A stretch of 64,000 nt of DNA from Candidatus Poribacteria bacterium (GTDB taxonomy: Bacteria; Poribacteria; WGA-4E; WGA-3G). The first letter of the stretch is position 1; the number at the start of each line of letters is the position of its first letter. Below are positions 30,268-41,145 of the stretch, piece after piece. The translations under genes and the position numbers were made by a program. Location of the stretch: contig CAXXLX010000001.1 in NCBI GenBank assembly GCA_963665235.2, positions 1,120,001-1,184,000 on the forward strand. The letters are read 5' to 3'. The notes under the pieces are model-generated. The model saw only the letters and a list, made by a program, of their open reading frames with translations. It made no database searches and was not told the DNA's origin.

Positions 30268-31479
30268 TCAAGCTCTATATGATTTTGCTAATAACGTTAC
30301 GACCCGGTCAAAGATAGCATCTGCTACATCTCGCTTGGAGAGGCGTGGCAGCTGTTCACAGTTTCCGGTGCTATCCAGCAGGGTTACAACATTTGTATCG
30401 CCTGCAAATCCTGCTCCCTCAGCGAGAATATCATTGGCAACAATTAGCTCACAATTTTTGCGGATTAACTTCTCTCGGGCGTTCTCCAAGACATCGTTTG
30501 TCTCCGCTGCAAAACAGACGATTAGCTGATGCGTTTTGCTTGCACCGAGGGTCTGTGCGGTATCAGGATTTTTTTCTAGGGCGAGCGTTAGTGCGTCTGT
30601 CCGTTTCTTTATTTTATGGGGTGTAAATTCTGCGGGCCGGTAATCGGCAGGTGCCGCTGCCATAACGACAATATCTGTCTCCTCAAACGCTTGTAGGACA
30701 GCCTCGTGCATCTCTAAAGTCGTCCTTACATGACAAATTTCAATGCCGGGGGGTGGGGGTACAGTGGCATGGCCACTAATTAATTGGACAGTGCCGCCTC
30801 GTGCCGCTGCGGCTTGAGCGAGGGCATACCCCATCTTTCCGCTGGACGCATTGGTGATAAATCTAACCGGGTCAAGATATTCTCGCGTCGCGCCTGCTGT
30901 AACAAGGATTCGTTTCCCTTGCAAATCCTGACATTTCCCCAAAATCTCATGCGTCCGTTCGAGAATAATATCTATAGGGCTCAATCGGCCTATGCCTTTA
31001 TACCCACATGCAAGGTCGCCGCTTTCAGGCGCAACGAATTGCATCCCGTGCTCCCTGAGGATGTCTATATTTTTTTGCACGAAGGAATTGTGATACATGT
31101 GCCCGTTCATCGCTGGGGCAACGAGAATCGGACAGTGTACAGCGATAGCGATGGTAGAGAGGGGGTCATCGGCGATGCCGTTAGCCAGTTTTCCGAGAAT
31201 ATTAGCGGTCGCGGGGGCAATCACAAGTAGGTCAGCCCGGTCAGCCAAATCGATGTGCGGTGGTTTCCACTCCTGTCCGACCTGAAATAGGTCTAGCAGC
31301 ACAGGATTCCGTGAGATGACCTGAAATTGTAGCGGATTTACCAGCCGCGTGGCATTTTCTGTCATCACCACATGAACATCAGCACCCGCCTTAAGCAGCT
31401 GGCTGGCAAAATCAAGCGATTTATGGATAGCTATCCCCCCGGTAACACCTAAGAGAATAGTTCTGTTTTTGAGTTCCAT
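30268..31479 (-). CDS. coaBC: phosphopantothenoylcysteine decarboxylase / ligase
   Basis: GVTGGIA, APAMN and TAGATREYLDPVRFITNASSGKMG motifs. Confidence 0.95.
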   Translation of the reverse strand: MELKNRTILLGVTGGIAIHKSLDFASQLLKAGADVHVVMTENATRLVNPLQFQVISRNPVLLDLFQVGQEWKPPHIDLADRADLLVIAPATANILGKLANGIADDPLSTIAIAVHCPILVAPAMNGHMYHNSFVQKNIDILREHGMQFVAPESGDLACGYKGIGRLSPIDIILERTHEILGKCQDLQGKRILVTAGATREYLDPVRFITNASSGKMGYALAQAAAARGGTVQLISGHATVPPPPGIEICHVRTTLEMHEAVLQAFEETDIVVMAAAPADYRPAEFTPHKIKKRTDALTLALEKNPDTAQTLGASKTHQLIVCFAAETNDVLENAREKLIRKNCELIVANDILAEGAGFAGDTNVVTLLDSTGNCEQLPRLSKRDVADAIFDRVVTLLAKSYRA

Positions 31480-31490
31480 GAGGTTAATGA

Positions 31491-32150
31491 TTACAAATCT
31501 ACACTACGCGGGGTGCTAAAAGATTCAACAAACCGTGAAGTCTGTTCAGGGTTGATACGGCAGCGTTCTGCAGTGATAATCGCCTGAATCTGATGAACTG
31601 TATGTTGCATCTTATTTTCAGTATTGATAACACAGTAATCGTAATACTGAATCTGTTGCAACTCCTTTTTGGCTATCTCCAATCTATTGGTAAGTTCTGC
31701 CTCAGATTCAGTTTTTCTACTCCGTAGCCGCTGCTCAAGCACAGCGAAAGATGCTGGCATCATAAAAATTAGAACACTTCTAGCGGGGGCGATGTCCTGT
31801 TTTCGGACTTGGCGTGCGCCTGCCACGTCAATCTCTAAAATAGTGTCTTTCCTAGCTTCGCTCGCGGCTGTAACTTCAGATATAGGGGTCCCGTAAAAGT
31901 TTCCAGCGTATTTTGCCCACTCTAGAAAAACGTTCTGCTCAATCTGTTCCTCAAATTGTGCGGTTGACAAGAAATGATAATTCACCCCATCAACCTCTCG
32001 GGGTCTAGGCGGACGCGTGGTCGCTGATACCGAGAGCTGAAGCGTTTCATCTGCCTTGCAAAGCCTTTTGATGACGCTGCTTTTGCCACCCCCAGAAGGT
32101 CCGGAGATGACGATAACCAAATTGTCGCGATAAAACGGTGTAGAACGCAT
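31491..32150 (-). CDS. gmk: guanylate kinase
   Basis: SGPSGGGKSS and SVSATTRPPRPREVDGVNYHF motifs. Confidence 0.95.
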   Translation of the reverse strand: MRSTPFYRDNLVIVISGPSGGGKSSVIKRLCKADETLQLSVSATTRPPRPREVDGVNYHFLSTAQFEEQIEQNVFLEWAKYAGNFYGTPISEVTAASEARKDTILEIDVAGARQVRKQDIAPARSVLIFMMPASFAVLEQRLRSRKTESEAELTNRLEIAKKELQQIQYYDYCVINTENKMQHTVHQIQAIITAERCRINPEQTSRFVESFSTPRSVDL

Positions 32151-32168
32151 GTCTAAATTCAGTATAGG

Positions 32169-32627
32169 TTAGTCTGCCGCTTCAGCAAGCTCCAATAACA
32201 TCGGCGACTCAACACGGATAGCATCCTTAATGCATACCTCTTCGCATAACTTGCACCCAACGCAATCCTTCGGTTTGACTAATTCACAAATACCGAAAAA
32301 ACTTTCAGCGTGCTCACCTGTAACCGGGTCTTTGAGTTCAAGACACTCCCAGGGACAGATATGAACGCAGAAATCACACCCAGAACAGAGCTCCTCATAG
32401 ATAACAGCAATGGGCTGATGGGTCGGCCGGGGGATAAACTTGCACACCTCGCCGAATTGGTCACGGATGGCTTCCACCGGACACACTATGCCGCACGCGC
32501 TACAATCAATACAGATAGTCGGGTCAATGATGTGCAACATATTCCGATCGCCGGTAATTGCATCAACCGGACAGTTGGTTAAACAAGCCGTACACCCAAT
32601 GCATTCTTCAGTAATATAATATGCCAT
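32169..32627 (-). CDS. polyferredoxin with four 4Fe-4S motifs
   Basis: Four CxxCxxCxxxC motifs. Confidence 0.85.
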   Translation of the reverse strand: MAYYITEECIGCTACLTNCPVDAITGDRNMLHIIDPTICIDCSACGIVCPVEAIRDQFGEVCKFIPRPTHQPIAVIYEELCSGCDFCVHICPWECLELKDPVTGEHAESFFGICELVKPKDCVGCKLCEEVCIKDAIRVESPMLLELAEAAD

Positions 32628-32744
32628 AGCTAACAATACCTCCTAAGTCTTTATTGTAACGTACTTTTTTAAAAAAGTCAAATTGAAATTATTAGAAAAA
32701 AATGATACAATGTCAGAATATAGTAATTTGTAGGTAACGCGATA

Positions 32745-33473
32745 ATGCAAACAAAACGGATTTGTCTTTGGTCAGGACCACGGAACATATCAACAGCACT
32801 CATGTATTCCTTTGCACAGCGAAGCGATACGGCGGTTATTGATGAACCGTTATATGCCCACTATCTCCATGTCACGGGGGCAGTGCACCCAGGGCGAGAA
32901 GCGGTGTTGGCCTCTATGGCTGTTGATAGTGCAGCGGTCATACAAGATGTGATTTTGGGACCGTGTGCCAAACCTGTCCTTTTTATGAAACAGATGGCAC
33001 ACCATCTCGTCGATATGGATAGAGATTTTCTGCGGGAGACCCTCAATGTTTTGCTTATCCGTGACCCGCGGGACATGCTGCCCTCGTTAATGAAGGTCAT
33101 CGGCGTGCCAGCTTTGAAAGATACAGGATTGAAGGTACAGGCGGACCTGCTTTCGGAATTGAAAGCGATAGGACAATCGCCGCCGATTTTAGACGCACGG
33201 GAATTGTTACGCTCGCCAGCTGAGGTGCTATCACAATTGTGTATTCGGCTCAACTTACGGTTTGAGGAGGCGATGCTATCGTGGCCGCGGGGTGGGCATC
33301 CATCAGATGGCGTTTGGGCACAGCATTGGTATGAAAATGTTCACCGAAGCACAGGTTTTGAACCCTACCGTCCGAAGCAGGAGCCGTTTCCTGCGGTGTT
33401 GAAAGAGATTTTGTCGACGTGTTTGCCGTATTATAATGTCCTACGTGCTGGTGCAATTGAGCCAACAAGATAA
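32745..33473 (+). CDS. sulfotransferase-like domain protein
   Basis: WSGPRNISTALMYSFAQR..DEP and LIRDP motifs. Confidence 0.8.
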   Translation: MQTKRICLWSGPRNISTALMYSFAQRSDTAVIDEPLYAHYLHVTGAVHPGREAVLASMAVDSAAVIQDVILGPCAKPVLFMKQMAHHLVDMDRDFLRETLNVLLIRDPRDMLPSLMKVIGVPALKDTGLKVQADLLSELKAIGQSPPILDARELLRSPAEVLSQLCIRLNLRFEEAMLSWPRGGHPSDGVWAQHWYENVHRSTGFEPYRPKQEPFPAVLKEILSTCLPYYNVLRAGAIEPTR

Positions 33474-33539
33474 CAAGTTGCTAAACACTGAAAAAATAAT
33501 TTGCACACAGCTATTTTTTTATGGTATAATGGAAAAAAT

Positions 33540-34406
33540 ATGCTGAATATCACACGCACAAAGGCATCCCGAATTGCACTGATTGAACGGAATACCGAGG
33601 AGGCTTTCCAAAAGCTGCTCCGAGAGTACTGGAGCTGGCACTTTGATGATTCGCTAACCGATGCAGTTCGGTTACTATTAAGTACAGAACTCGGGTGGGA
33701 GAGGACACTACAGCTGACAACTCCACCGGTGGGTGAGGTCATCTCACCCCTGGGATACGCGTTTGCACATGCGGATGAAACGGTTCGTGAGGCTGCTTTT
33801 CAGGTGCTAGCGGCAACCGTGCGTATTCCACGCGGCACTGCGTTAATCGGTGAAGAGTGCACCCCGCTGGAAGTGAATGCCTTTGAAATAGGGGTCTATC
33901 CCGTAACAAACGCACACTATCATCAATTCGTTCAGGAAACCGGTTACCCACCGCCAAAAGCGTGGGAAAATGGAACGTATCCGGAAAACAGAGGAGCACA
34001 CCCGGTCGTTTGGGTCACTTGCGAAGATGCTGAAGCTTATGCGAATGCTACCGGCGGCAGATTGCCGACCTTCGCGGAATGGCAATATGCAGCACGAACG
34101 ACTGACGATAGACTTTTTCCATGGGGATATGAAATTGATAAACCTCGATGCAACACTGCTGAACTCGGGGTCGGAGACACAACCCCGGTCGGTGTCTTTC
34201 CGGAGGGCATGAGTCCTTTTGGATGCTACGATATGCTGGGGAATGTTTGGGAATGGACAAGCACTGCTTACGACGACGAAGACAATTTTCGTGTCGCATG
34301 TGGCGGGGCATGGTATTACAATCATGAGTACAGCACCTGCATCAGTTACGACTTTTTTAGTAAAAACTATGCAGAATTTGTAATCGGATTCCGAATCGCT
34401 CGTTGA
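33540..34406 (+). CDS. formylglycine-generating enzyme (SUMF1/FGE-sulfatase) domain protein
   Basis: YPVTN, HPVV, RLPTFAEW, DMLGNVWEW and IGFR motifs. Confidence 0.88.
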   Translation: MLNITRTKASRIALIERNTEEAFQKLLREYWSWHFDDSLTDAVRLLLSTELGWERTLQLTTPPVGEVISPLGYAFAHADETVREAAFQVLAATVRIPRGTALIGEECTPLEVNAFEIGVYPVTNAHYHQFVQETGYPPPKAWENGTYPENRGAHPVVWVTCEDAEAYANATGGRLPTFAEWQYAARTTDDRLFPWGYEIDKPRCNTAELGVGDTTPVGVFPEGMSPFGCYDMLGNVWEWTSTAYDDEDNFRVACGGAWYYNHEYSTCISYDFFSKNYAEFVIGFRIAR

Positions 34407-34420
34407 GAGGAGATTCTAAG

Positions 34421-34878
34421 GTAAAGATCACCCTGCTAAAGCATGGGTGCTTTGACATAACGTAACCACACACGTTCCCTGTCAAAGATTAAGTTCTTCA
34501 CTACACACATATATCGCGACATCGCGGCGTGGTAGCCGCAGGTATCTATAAAACGCGGGTAGGAAGTGATAAGCCTATTCGCTAAGGATGCTCCCCAAGT
34601 CTTAGGTAAGTGCTGATGTTCGTGATGTGGATGGGGAAATATATACTGCGAGAGCAGGCTTTATCGGAAAACCACATCTTTGGGTAAGGACACCGTGTCA
34701 GGTCAAGTAGACAGAAAGTGCGAGCTCTGTTGAACGAAGCAGCACACCCGAGTCCCAACACCCAGTGTGCTGGTGGTGTTAAAACGGCACACGCCCCCCT
34801 TGGGGGAATCTACAAGAACAAAGGAGGCGGTGTTTCCTCCCCCCACTAAAGCAGGGGGTATCCACACCGAATATTTTG
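34421..34878 (+). mobile_element. non-autonomous IS200/IS605 element resembling an orphan HEARO/omega-RNA locus (no iscB ORF)
   Basis: 5' hairpin GTAAAGATCACCCTGCTAAAGCATGGGTGCTTTG; internal GGATGCTCCCCAAGTC able to pair with downstream TGGGGA; 3' hairpin GGTGTTTCCTCCCCCACTAAAGCAGGGGGTATCCACACC followed by ATGA. Confidence 0.7.
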
Positions 34879-35496
34879 ATGAAAAACAGTAAAACCGAGG
34901 CAGAACGCCAAATCGCTAAAGAGCCGCGTCCTGAAAAAGCGACGCTAAAACGTGACGATTCAGCAATCTCATCAGACGCGTTGCAGAAAGAACTTATTCA
35001 GCGTGGACGTTTGGATATTCACACACATGAAGCCGCCGCGAAACATCTAAAACAGGGCGCGGATGCACTTAACGCCCGCAATTACGACAAAGCGATTGCA
35101 GAATTTCAGCAGGTCATTCAACACAACCGTGAATCCGCTGAAGCGCACTTCCACCTCGGCCTCGCTTACTTCATGATAGAGGACTATCACAAGGCGATAG
35201 ATGCTTACAAAATGGCGATTGCATGTGAGCCGAGCGAAGTGGCAGCACATATCAATCTCGCAGCAACGTACCGTGTACTCAAACGTTACGATGAGGCTAT
35301 TGACGTATATGAACGGGCTATCCGGTTTATACCGAACCATCCGGAACTGCATTCGGAACTCGGAACCGTTTATAATTTTCGGGGCAAACGGAAAGAAGCT
35401 GTCGCGGCATACAAAACCGCAATGCGACTCAAGTTGAAACTTACTGATGATGCTCGGCCTACGAAAATAGGAAAAACAGACGAGAATCCCAATTAA
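34879..35496 (+). CDS. tetratricopeptide repeat protein
   Basis: Four canonical TPRs (AEAHFHLGLAY, AHINLAATY, LHSELGTVY). Confidence 0.85.
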   Translation: MKNSKTEAERQIAKEPRPEKATLKRDDSAISSDALQKELIQRGRLDIHTHEAAAKHLKQGADALNARNYDKAIAEFQQVIQHNRESAEAHFHLGLAYFMIEDYHKAIDAYKMAIACEPSEVAAHINLAATYRVLKRYDEAIDVYERAIRFIPNHPELHSELGTVYNFRGKRKEAVAAYKTAMRLKLKLTDDARPTKIGKTDENPN

Positions 35497-35508
35497 AAGG
35501 AAAGCATC

Positions 35509-36108
35509 ATGTTTACCTCAGACGAAGATTTAATGATGGAATGCCGTAGAGGCGATATGGGGGCGTTTGAACTGCTGGTCAGACGCTACCAAGATGCCCT
35601 CGTAAACTACATTCACCATATCATTAACGATTATCACCTCGCCGAAGACTTGGCACAAGAGACATTTCTCCGTGTTTTCAAAAGCGCAAGTCGTTACGAA
35701 CCGAAAGCGTCCTTTAAAAGTTGGCTCTACACAATCGCAACCAATTTGTCGAGAAACGAACTCCGAAACCGCAAACGCCGAAATACCTACTTTCTAGAGG
35801 ACCTCGTTGAAGAAGGCGAAACGGTTCATGACTCCGAATTCATGGCGGATACACGGTATCAACCGGATATACTTTACGAAAAGAAGGAACGGCAACAGCT
35901 CATCCGAAAAGTGCTCAACCAACTTCCAGAAAATCAACGGTTGGCACTCACGTTGGTAACCTATCAGGAGCTCAGCTATGAAGAAATAGCCGAAATCCTT
36001 AAGTGTTCAATCGGGGCAGTGAAATCCTTAATTCACCGGGCACGCCAAAACATGAAAAAACTGCTTATCAAGGCGGGAATAGGAGAAGGGGTCAATGCAG
36101 AAATATAG
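35509..36108 (+). CDS. ECF RNA polymerase sigma factor
   Basis: AEDLAQETFLRV, FKSWLYTIATN and SYEEIAEIL..GAVKSLIHRAR motifs. Confidence 0.92.
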   Translation: MFTSDEDLMMECRRGDMGAFELLVRRYQDALVNYIHHIINDYHLAEDLAQETFLRVFKSASRYEPKASFKSWLYTIATNLSRNELRNRKRRNTYFLEDLVEEGETVHDSEFMADTRYQPDILYEKKERQQLIRKVLNQLPENQRLALTLVTYQELSYEEIAEILKCSIGAVKSLIHRARQNMKKLLIKAGIGEGVNAEI

Positions 36109-36622
36109 AATCAGCTCTTGTGAAAATATTCAGGCACACCTGTCAATCTATTTTGACGATGAGATGCCCCTATGGAAACGGCACCTCATCCGACAGCATC
36201 TGAAAAGATGTTCTGCCTGCGCGGAGCAGGCCGCATCCATTCAGCGAACAGATAAACTCCTTCGCTTTGTGGAACCTGTTGAAGCCTCTGAGACCTTCTT
36301 ATCGCATGTCATGCGACGCGTATCGACGGTGAAAACTTATCAGAAACCGCAACGTTCAGGTCTCCACCGACTCGGAATTTTCGTAGAGAAGATATTCACG
36401 CGGCTCCGACACAACATTCGCGCCTATACCCCCATTTATACGTTGGTGTTAACCTTCGCGGTCTTTACAATGATAGGCGTAACATTCTGCTTGCCACCGG
36501 GCGAAAAATTTGAACCGAAAACGCAATTTGATGCGGAGATGTCCGAAGCACATCGTGAAAAACTGATTCTGTTCGAAGTGATTCCGACACAGCACACTAA
36601 ACAAATTCTGAAAACCCGTTAA
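36095..36622 (+). CDS. zf-HC2 (ZAS) anti-sigma factor
   Basis: HLKRCSAC motif plus a TM helix; overlaps the ECF sigma gene. Confidence 0.85.
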   Translation: MQKYRISSCENIQAHLSIYFDDEMPLWKRHLIRQHLKRCSACAEQAASIQRTDKLLRFVEPVEASETFLSHVMRRVSTVKTYQKPQRSGLHRLGIFVEKIFTRLRHNIRAYTPIYTLVLTFAVFTMIGVTFCLPPGEKFEPKTQFDAEMSEAHREKLILFEVIPTQHTKQILKTR

Positions 36623-37276
36623 TCCTGCTAATCATGAAGATTCGCGCAACGCTAAAATAGTAATATGGAAAATACTCGAAATAGAAATCAATCCGCAGTG
36701 GGTCTGATAAACTTACCGTTTCAACGATACAATTTGGTAGTAAGAGACCCGTTTTATGCGTATCCTGACGATATGCTGCGATTTCTCCTGCAGGAAAAGA
36801 AATTCAGGTTCGTTGAACATTTAGACAGTGAATTAGCCACGGTTGAAGTCCGAACCATGGACATCTTATTAAAGGTGGAGATTGATGGAAAACCAGTCCT
36901 GATACATTGTGAAATACAGACAGACGATTCAAACCCAAACATGACTAGGCGAAATGTTGGATATATGGGCAGATGTTACGAACGATACGGACTGCCTATC
37001 TATTCCTCCGTGATTTATCTGAGGGAAACCGCAGGGAGTAGAGACACCGGCGGGTATATACAAGATATACCCGGATATCGTTTCATCGTTGAGTATCAGG
37101 TAATACGATTGTCCAAGATTGAGGGCGAGCCTATACTTCAAGCCAAATCCCCAGGGCTAATGCCATTCACACCTTTGATGAAAACTCCTGAAGGTATGTC
37201 AGAGGTTGAGTGGACAAAACGTTGTGTAGAAGTGACGAAATCACTTGATATAGATGTACAGTTAAGGAATAACTTA

Positions 37277-37779
37277 TACCATTTTTATTAATTATTCTAT
37301 CATTACCGGTTGTTAGAAATCAAACGGAGAACGGAAGACACAAACTGGAAGTTTATGCTACAATAAAGTGCACAAACTGGAAGTTTATGCTACAATAAAG
37401 TGCACAAACTGGAAGTTTATGCTACAAGAAAGAGCACAAACTGGAAGTTTATGCTACAATAAAGTGCACAAACTGGAAGTTTATGCTACAATAAAGTGCA
37501 CAAACTGGAAGTTTATGCTACTACAAGAAAGAGCACAAACTGGAAGTTTATGCTACAATAAAGTGCACAAACTGGAAGTTTATGCTACAAGAAAGTGCAC
37601 AAACTGGAAGTTTATGCTACAAGAAAGTGCACAAACTGGAAGTTTATGCTACAAGAAAGAGCACAAACTGGAAGTTTATGCTACAAGAAAGAGCACAAAC
37701 TGGAAGTTTATGCTACAATAAAGTGCACAAACTGGAAGTTTATGCTACAAGAAAGAGACATTTCCAATTAGAAATGGTA
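37277..37779. mobile_element. MITE-A copy 2 with 13 x ~32-bp REP-like units
   Basis: Same termini as copy 1; TTA duplication at 37274-76 and 37780-82. Confidence 0.88.
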
Positions 37780-37920
37780 TTACTTGTGGAACAGTGGGTC
37801 TTGAGCGGGTTGCGACATGGCCAACAAGACTTGCTAAGCACACTATCGGAGGATATTTTGAACAACTCACCGGTTTACGACCTGATTATTGAACGCGGCA
37901 TCGAACGCGGACGAGAACAA

Positions 37921-38016
37921 GGCATCGAACAAGGCATCGAACAAGGCATCGAACAAGGCATCGAACAAGGCATCGAACAAGGCATCGAACAAGGCATCGA
38001 ACAAGGCATCGAACAA
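37921..38016 (+). repeat. coding tandem repeat, 8 x GGCATCGAACAA (GIEQ)
   Basis: Perfect 12-bp units read directly from the sequence. Confidence 0.9.
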
Positions 38017-38709
38017 GGAAAGCAGCTAGGTGCAAAAGAGAGCACTATTGACAACATTCTCGGATTGATTGACCGACGTTTCAATATCAACGCTGCGCCT
38101 GCCTTAACACCTTTGCTCGAACCGATTGATGATTTACAGCAACTCCAACAACTGCTTTACGAAGCGTTAGACGCAGCACATTTGGAGGATTTCATCCGAA
38201 CGGTAACGGAAAGCACACGCTAACTAGCAACAGTGGGTCTTGAGCGGGTTGCGACATGACCAATAAGACCTGCTAACGGAAATTACTAAACTTTGGACAA
38301 TTTTAGGGAGGCACAACGTTCTTGTCAAAGGGATAGGTGGAAGGTTGGAAGATTGGAAGGGTGGAAGAGGGGAAGAGGTTTTTGAGGCGCGGCAGAGATA
38401 TGCTTAGCATCACAACCTTCTTGCTAACTGCCAACTGCCAAGGGTTTCCAACATTCTATAAACATTCCGCCCCGCTGGGGTAACCGTGCTTTGGAAAACC
38501 CATCGGCGGAAACCATTTTTCTCCTGTTTGCATTTGTGTGAGGCACTTAGAGAAAAATCAGAGATGCTTTGAAAGCGGGGATCCGACTCATGGATATTGT
38601 CCAAACTATAGTAACGGAAATTAACCGAACAATCAAAACTAACAAACATAAGGAGGGCGGGCTTTCCTCGCCACTTTGAAAGACGGGGACTTCAGTCCGT
38701 GAAATTTCA

Positions 38710-40464
38710 ATGAAATCTATAACCCGTAGTGCACTAGGCGTTTCCATGATACTCCACGTGATACTGCTGATTTTACTGTTTTTCTTCGTAGTACGCGACC
38801 AAGTACTCGCCCCTTTTCTTGATAAAGTAGACGTGGAACTTATATCAGCACCGAAACCCCTACAACCGAAGATGATAATAAAACCCCCGAAACCGCAGAT
38901 GCGACAGGTACAGGTCCATGAGGCAGAAAAGACACCTGTCACTAGGGTCGCCCCTATCCCAAACGCTGAATTCCAAGAGCGGCTTACCACCAAGGTTCCT
39001 GTCGATACAACACAACCTAACCTCAAACAGGTGGAGAAGGTGCCAACAGTAAAAACGGATATCAGCACCGCACTCGAAGACTTTACCACGAGGGACAGCC
39101 AGTTATCGCCTGCTGAAACGGCTGACATAACAGGCGAGAGAGCGTTCGGCGGGAAAACTGTTGGAGTACAAGGCGTTCGACGGACACCTACCCGCTCCAC
39201 CCTGGGGTTCTCGGAGACTGAAACCGGTACAGAGCCTGCACAAATCGGGGACCTCCACGAAAAGGGACAGACTTTGGACATCATCCCCTTCGACCGAATT
39301 CTGAGAAGCCTCGCAAGCAAAATCGTTGGCACAAGCGAAGGCGGGCCTATTGATGTCGTTTTCGTCGTTGATAACAGCGGCAGTATGAGCGATAATATCA
39401 GGGCAGTTTCAACACACCTCCGAGAGATGGTGGATGTCTACGAAAACACCGGAATTGATTACGCCCTCGGACTAACCCAATTCTGGACGAATGAAGGTGA
39501 AAACGTCATTCAACTCATACCCCTGACGCAAGACCTAAGGCAATACCGACGCGACATTGAAGAAATGTCTACTTACAGAGATGAAAATGCATTAGACGCT
39601 ATTATCAAAACTGTCAGAGAATTCGAATTTCGCGCAACGTCCAAAAAACATTTTATCCTCGTTACCGATGAACCTTTCACAAGCTTAGTCGGCGTAACCC
39701 TAGAAGACGCTATTGCCCTTTGCAGAGAATTCGGCATTTATGTCAATGTCCTCGGATTGGAGGACGACGAACACAAATTGCTTGCCAAAGAAACCGGTGG
39801 CAGTTGGCACGTCATCCCTGGACTGGCAAAAAAGATGTTACGTCCTCAAGTGCAGCGACCCAATACACCCCAAAACCCGCAACGCCAAACCCGGAATCTC
39901 CGAAAAGCACAATGGGCAAGCGTCAGTAAAATTGGCGATGCATTACTTCAAACCGTCGGAAGTACCCCCGTCGATATTATCCTATTTATTGATAGCAGTA
40001 AAAGCATGGAAGATAAAATTCCACACTTTTTGAACCAGCTGGACATCCTGGTACGCGATTGGGATAATGCACTTATTGACTATCAACTCGGCGCAGTACG
40101 GTTTCGGGCACGCGGGGCAGTCAACATCGTCAATACTTTCGACCCACCGCAAACGCTTGAAGAGGTTAAGAAAATCGCAGAACTCCCATGCGAAAAAGAT
40201 GAAAATGTTTCTGAAGCTTTGACCGAAGGACTACAACGGATTAAACTCCGCCCCAATGCAAAACCTTACCTCATCCTGATTACGGATGAACCGGTCCGAG
40301 ACAAAGCCTCAGCCCTGGCTGCCATTCGATACTTAAAGCAGAAAAAGGCTACTCTCAGCGTTATCGGCACTTATGACGATTTCCAGGAACGGGTCGCCAT
40401 CGAAACAGGAGGCATCTGGATACCCATCCCTGATGGACATACAACTAACGTAACACAGTGGTAG
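38710..40464 (+). CDS. membrane-anchored protein with two VWA domains
   Basis: N-terminal TM; DVVFVVDNSGSM and DIILFIDSSKSM MIDAS motifs; ILVTDE and ILITDE. Confidence 0.85.
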   Translation: MKSITRSALGVSMILHVILLILLFFFVVRDQVLAPFLDKVDVELISAPKPLQPKMIIKPPKPQMRQVQVHEAEKTPVTRVAPIPNAEFQERLTTKVPVDTTQPNLKQVEKVPTVKTDISTALEDFTTRDSQLSPAETADITGERAFGGKTVGVQGVRRTPTRSTLGFSETETGTEPAQIGDLHEKGQTLDIIPFDRILRSLASKIVGTSEGGPIDVVFVVDNSGSMSDNIRAVSTHLREMVDVYENTGIDYALGLTQFWTNEGENVIQLIPLTQDLRQYRRDIEEMSTYRDENALDAIIKTVREFEFRATSKKHFILVTDEPFTSLVGVTLEDAIALCREFGIYVNVLGLEDDEHKLLAKETGGSWHVIPGLAKKMLRPQVQRPNTPQNPQRQTRNLRKAQWASVSKIGDALLQTVGSTPVDIILFIDSSKSMEDKIPHFLNQLDILVRDWDNALIDYQLGAVRFRARGAVNIVNTFDPPQTLEEVKKIAELPCEKDENVSEALTEGLQRIKLRPNAKPYLILITDEPVRDKASALAAIRYLKQKKATLSVIGTYDDFQERVAIETGGIWIPIPDGHTTNVTQW

Positions 40465-40533
40465 CTCGAAAACGTTACCACAGCAGTTGTGCTTACTCCC
40501 ACGGGAGTAGGCACACCCCGTTTTAGAGATAAA

Positions 40534-41145
40534 ATGAAAATAGCGGTCCTTGTTTCCGGGAGCGGAACCAATTTACAAACCCTCATTGACCAGTTACATC
40601 AAGATGAAAATAGCGGTATCGAAATTGCTGTCGTGATTAGCGACCGACAGCAGGCTTACGCCTTGACACGCGCGAAACGTGCCGACATCCCAACGCTGGT
40701 TGTTAGAACAAAACATTTTGAAAACCGAATCGATTATGACGCTGAAATCTCACGGCACATCGAACATTACGCCGCTGAACTCGTCGTACTTGCCGGGTTT
40801 ATGAAGCTGTTCCAACCCCCGTTCGTCCAAAAATACCGGAATCGCATCATTAACATACACCCCACGCTTCTGCCAGCATTCCCCGGAGCCACCCCGGTTG
40901 CCGATACGTTGGCTTACGGTGTTAAAGTGACAGGGGTCACCGTTCACTTCGTTGATGAAGGCGTAGATTCAGGACCTATTATCGCACAAACCGCCGTACC
41001 GGTGCTTGATACGGACGACGCAGAAAGCCTACATAACCGCATACAGATTGAAGAACACGAACTCTACCCCAAGGTGATTAAGTGGTACGCCCAAGGACAC
41101 CTGAAAATCGAGGGGCGAAAAGTTATCATCGAAAAGAAATGTTAG
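40534..41145 (+). CDS. purN: phosphoribosylglycinamide formyltransferase
   Basis: LVSGSGTNLQ, NIHPTLLP and GVTVHFVDEGVDSGPII motifs. Confidence 0.95.
   Translation: MKIAVLVSGSGTNLQTLIDQLHQDENSGIEIAVVISDRQQAYALTRAKRADIPTLVVRTKHFENRIDYDAEISRHIEHYAAELVVLAGFMKLFQPPFVQKYRNRIINIHPTLLPAFPGATPVADTLAYGVKVTGVTVHFVDEGVDSGPIIAQTAVPVLDTDDAESLHNRIQIEEHELYPKVIKWYAQGHLKIEGRKVIIEKKC

Larger units (their letters stand above)
36665..38223 (+). pseudogene. Rpn/YhgA-like PD-(D/E)XK nuclease gene 1, interrupted by MITE-A
   Basis: RTMDILL..IHCEIQ..LPIYSSVIYL; removing 37277-37779 plus one TTA restores the frame (RNNL|LVEQWVLSG); C-terminal GIEQ repeats. Confidence 0.8.

Noticed and set aside
37321-37780. ORFs made of HKLEVYAT / TNWKFMLQ repeats (15990-16385, 16086-16313, 16102-16299, 37368-37721, 5' part of 37582)
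   Set aside because: Read-through of MITE tandem repeats; no ribosome site or protein-like complexity.
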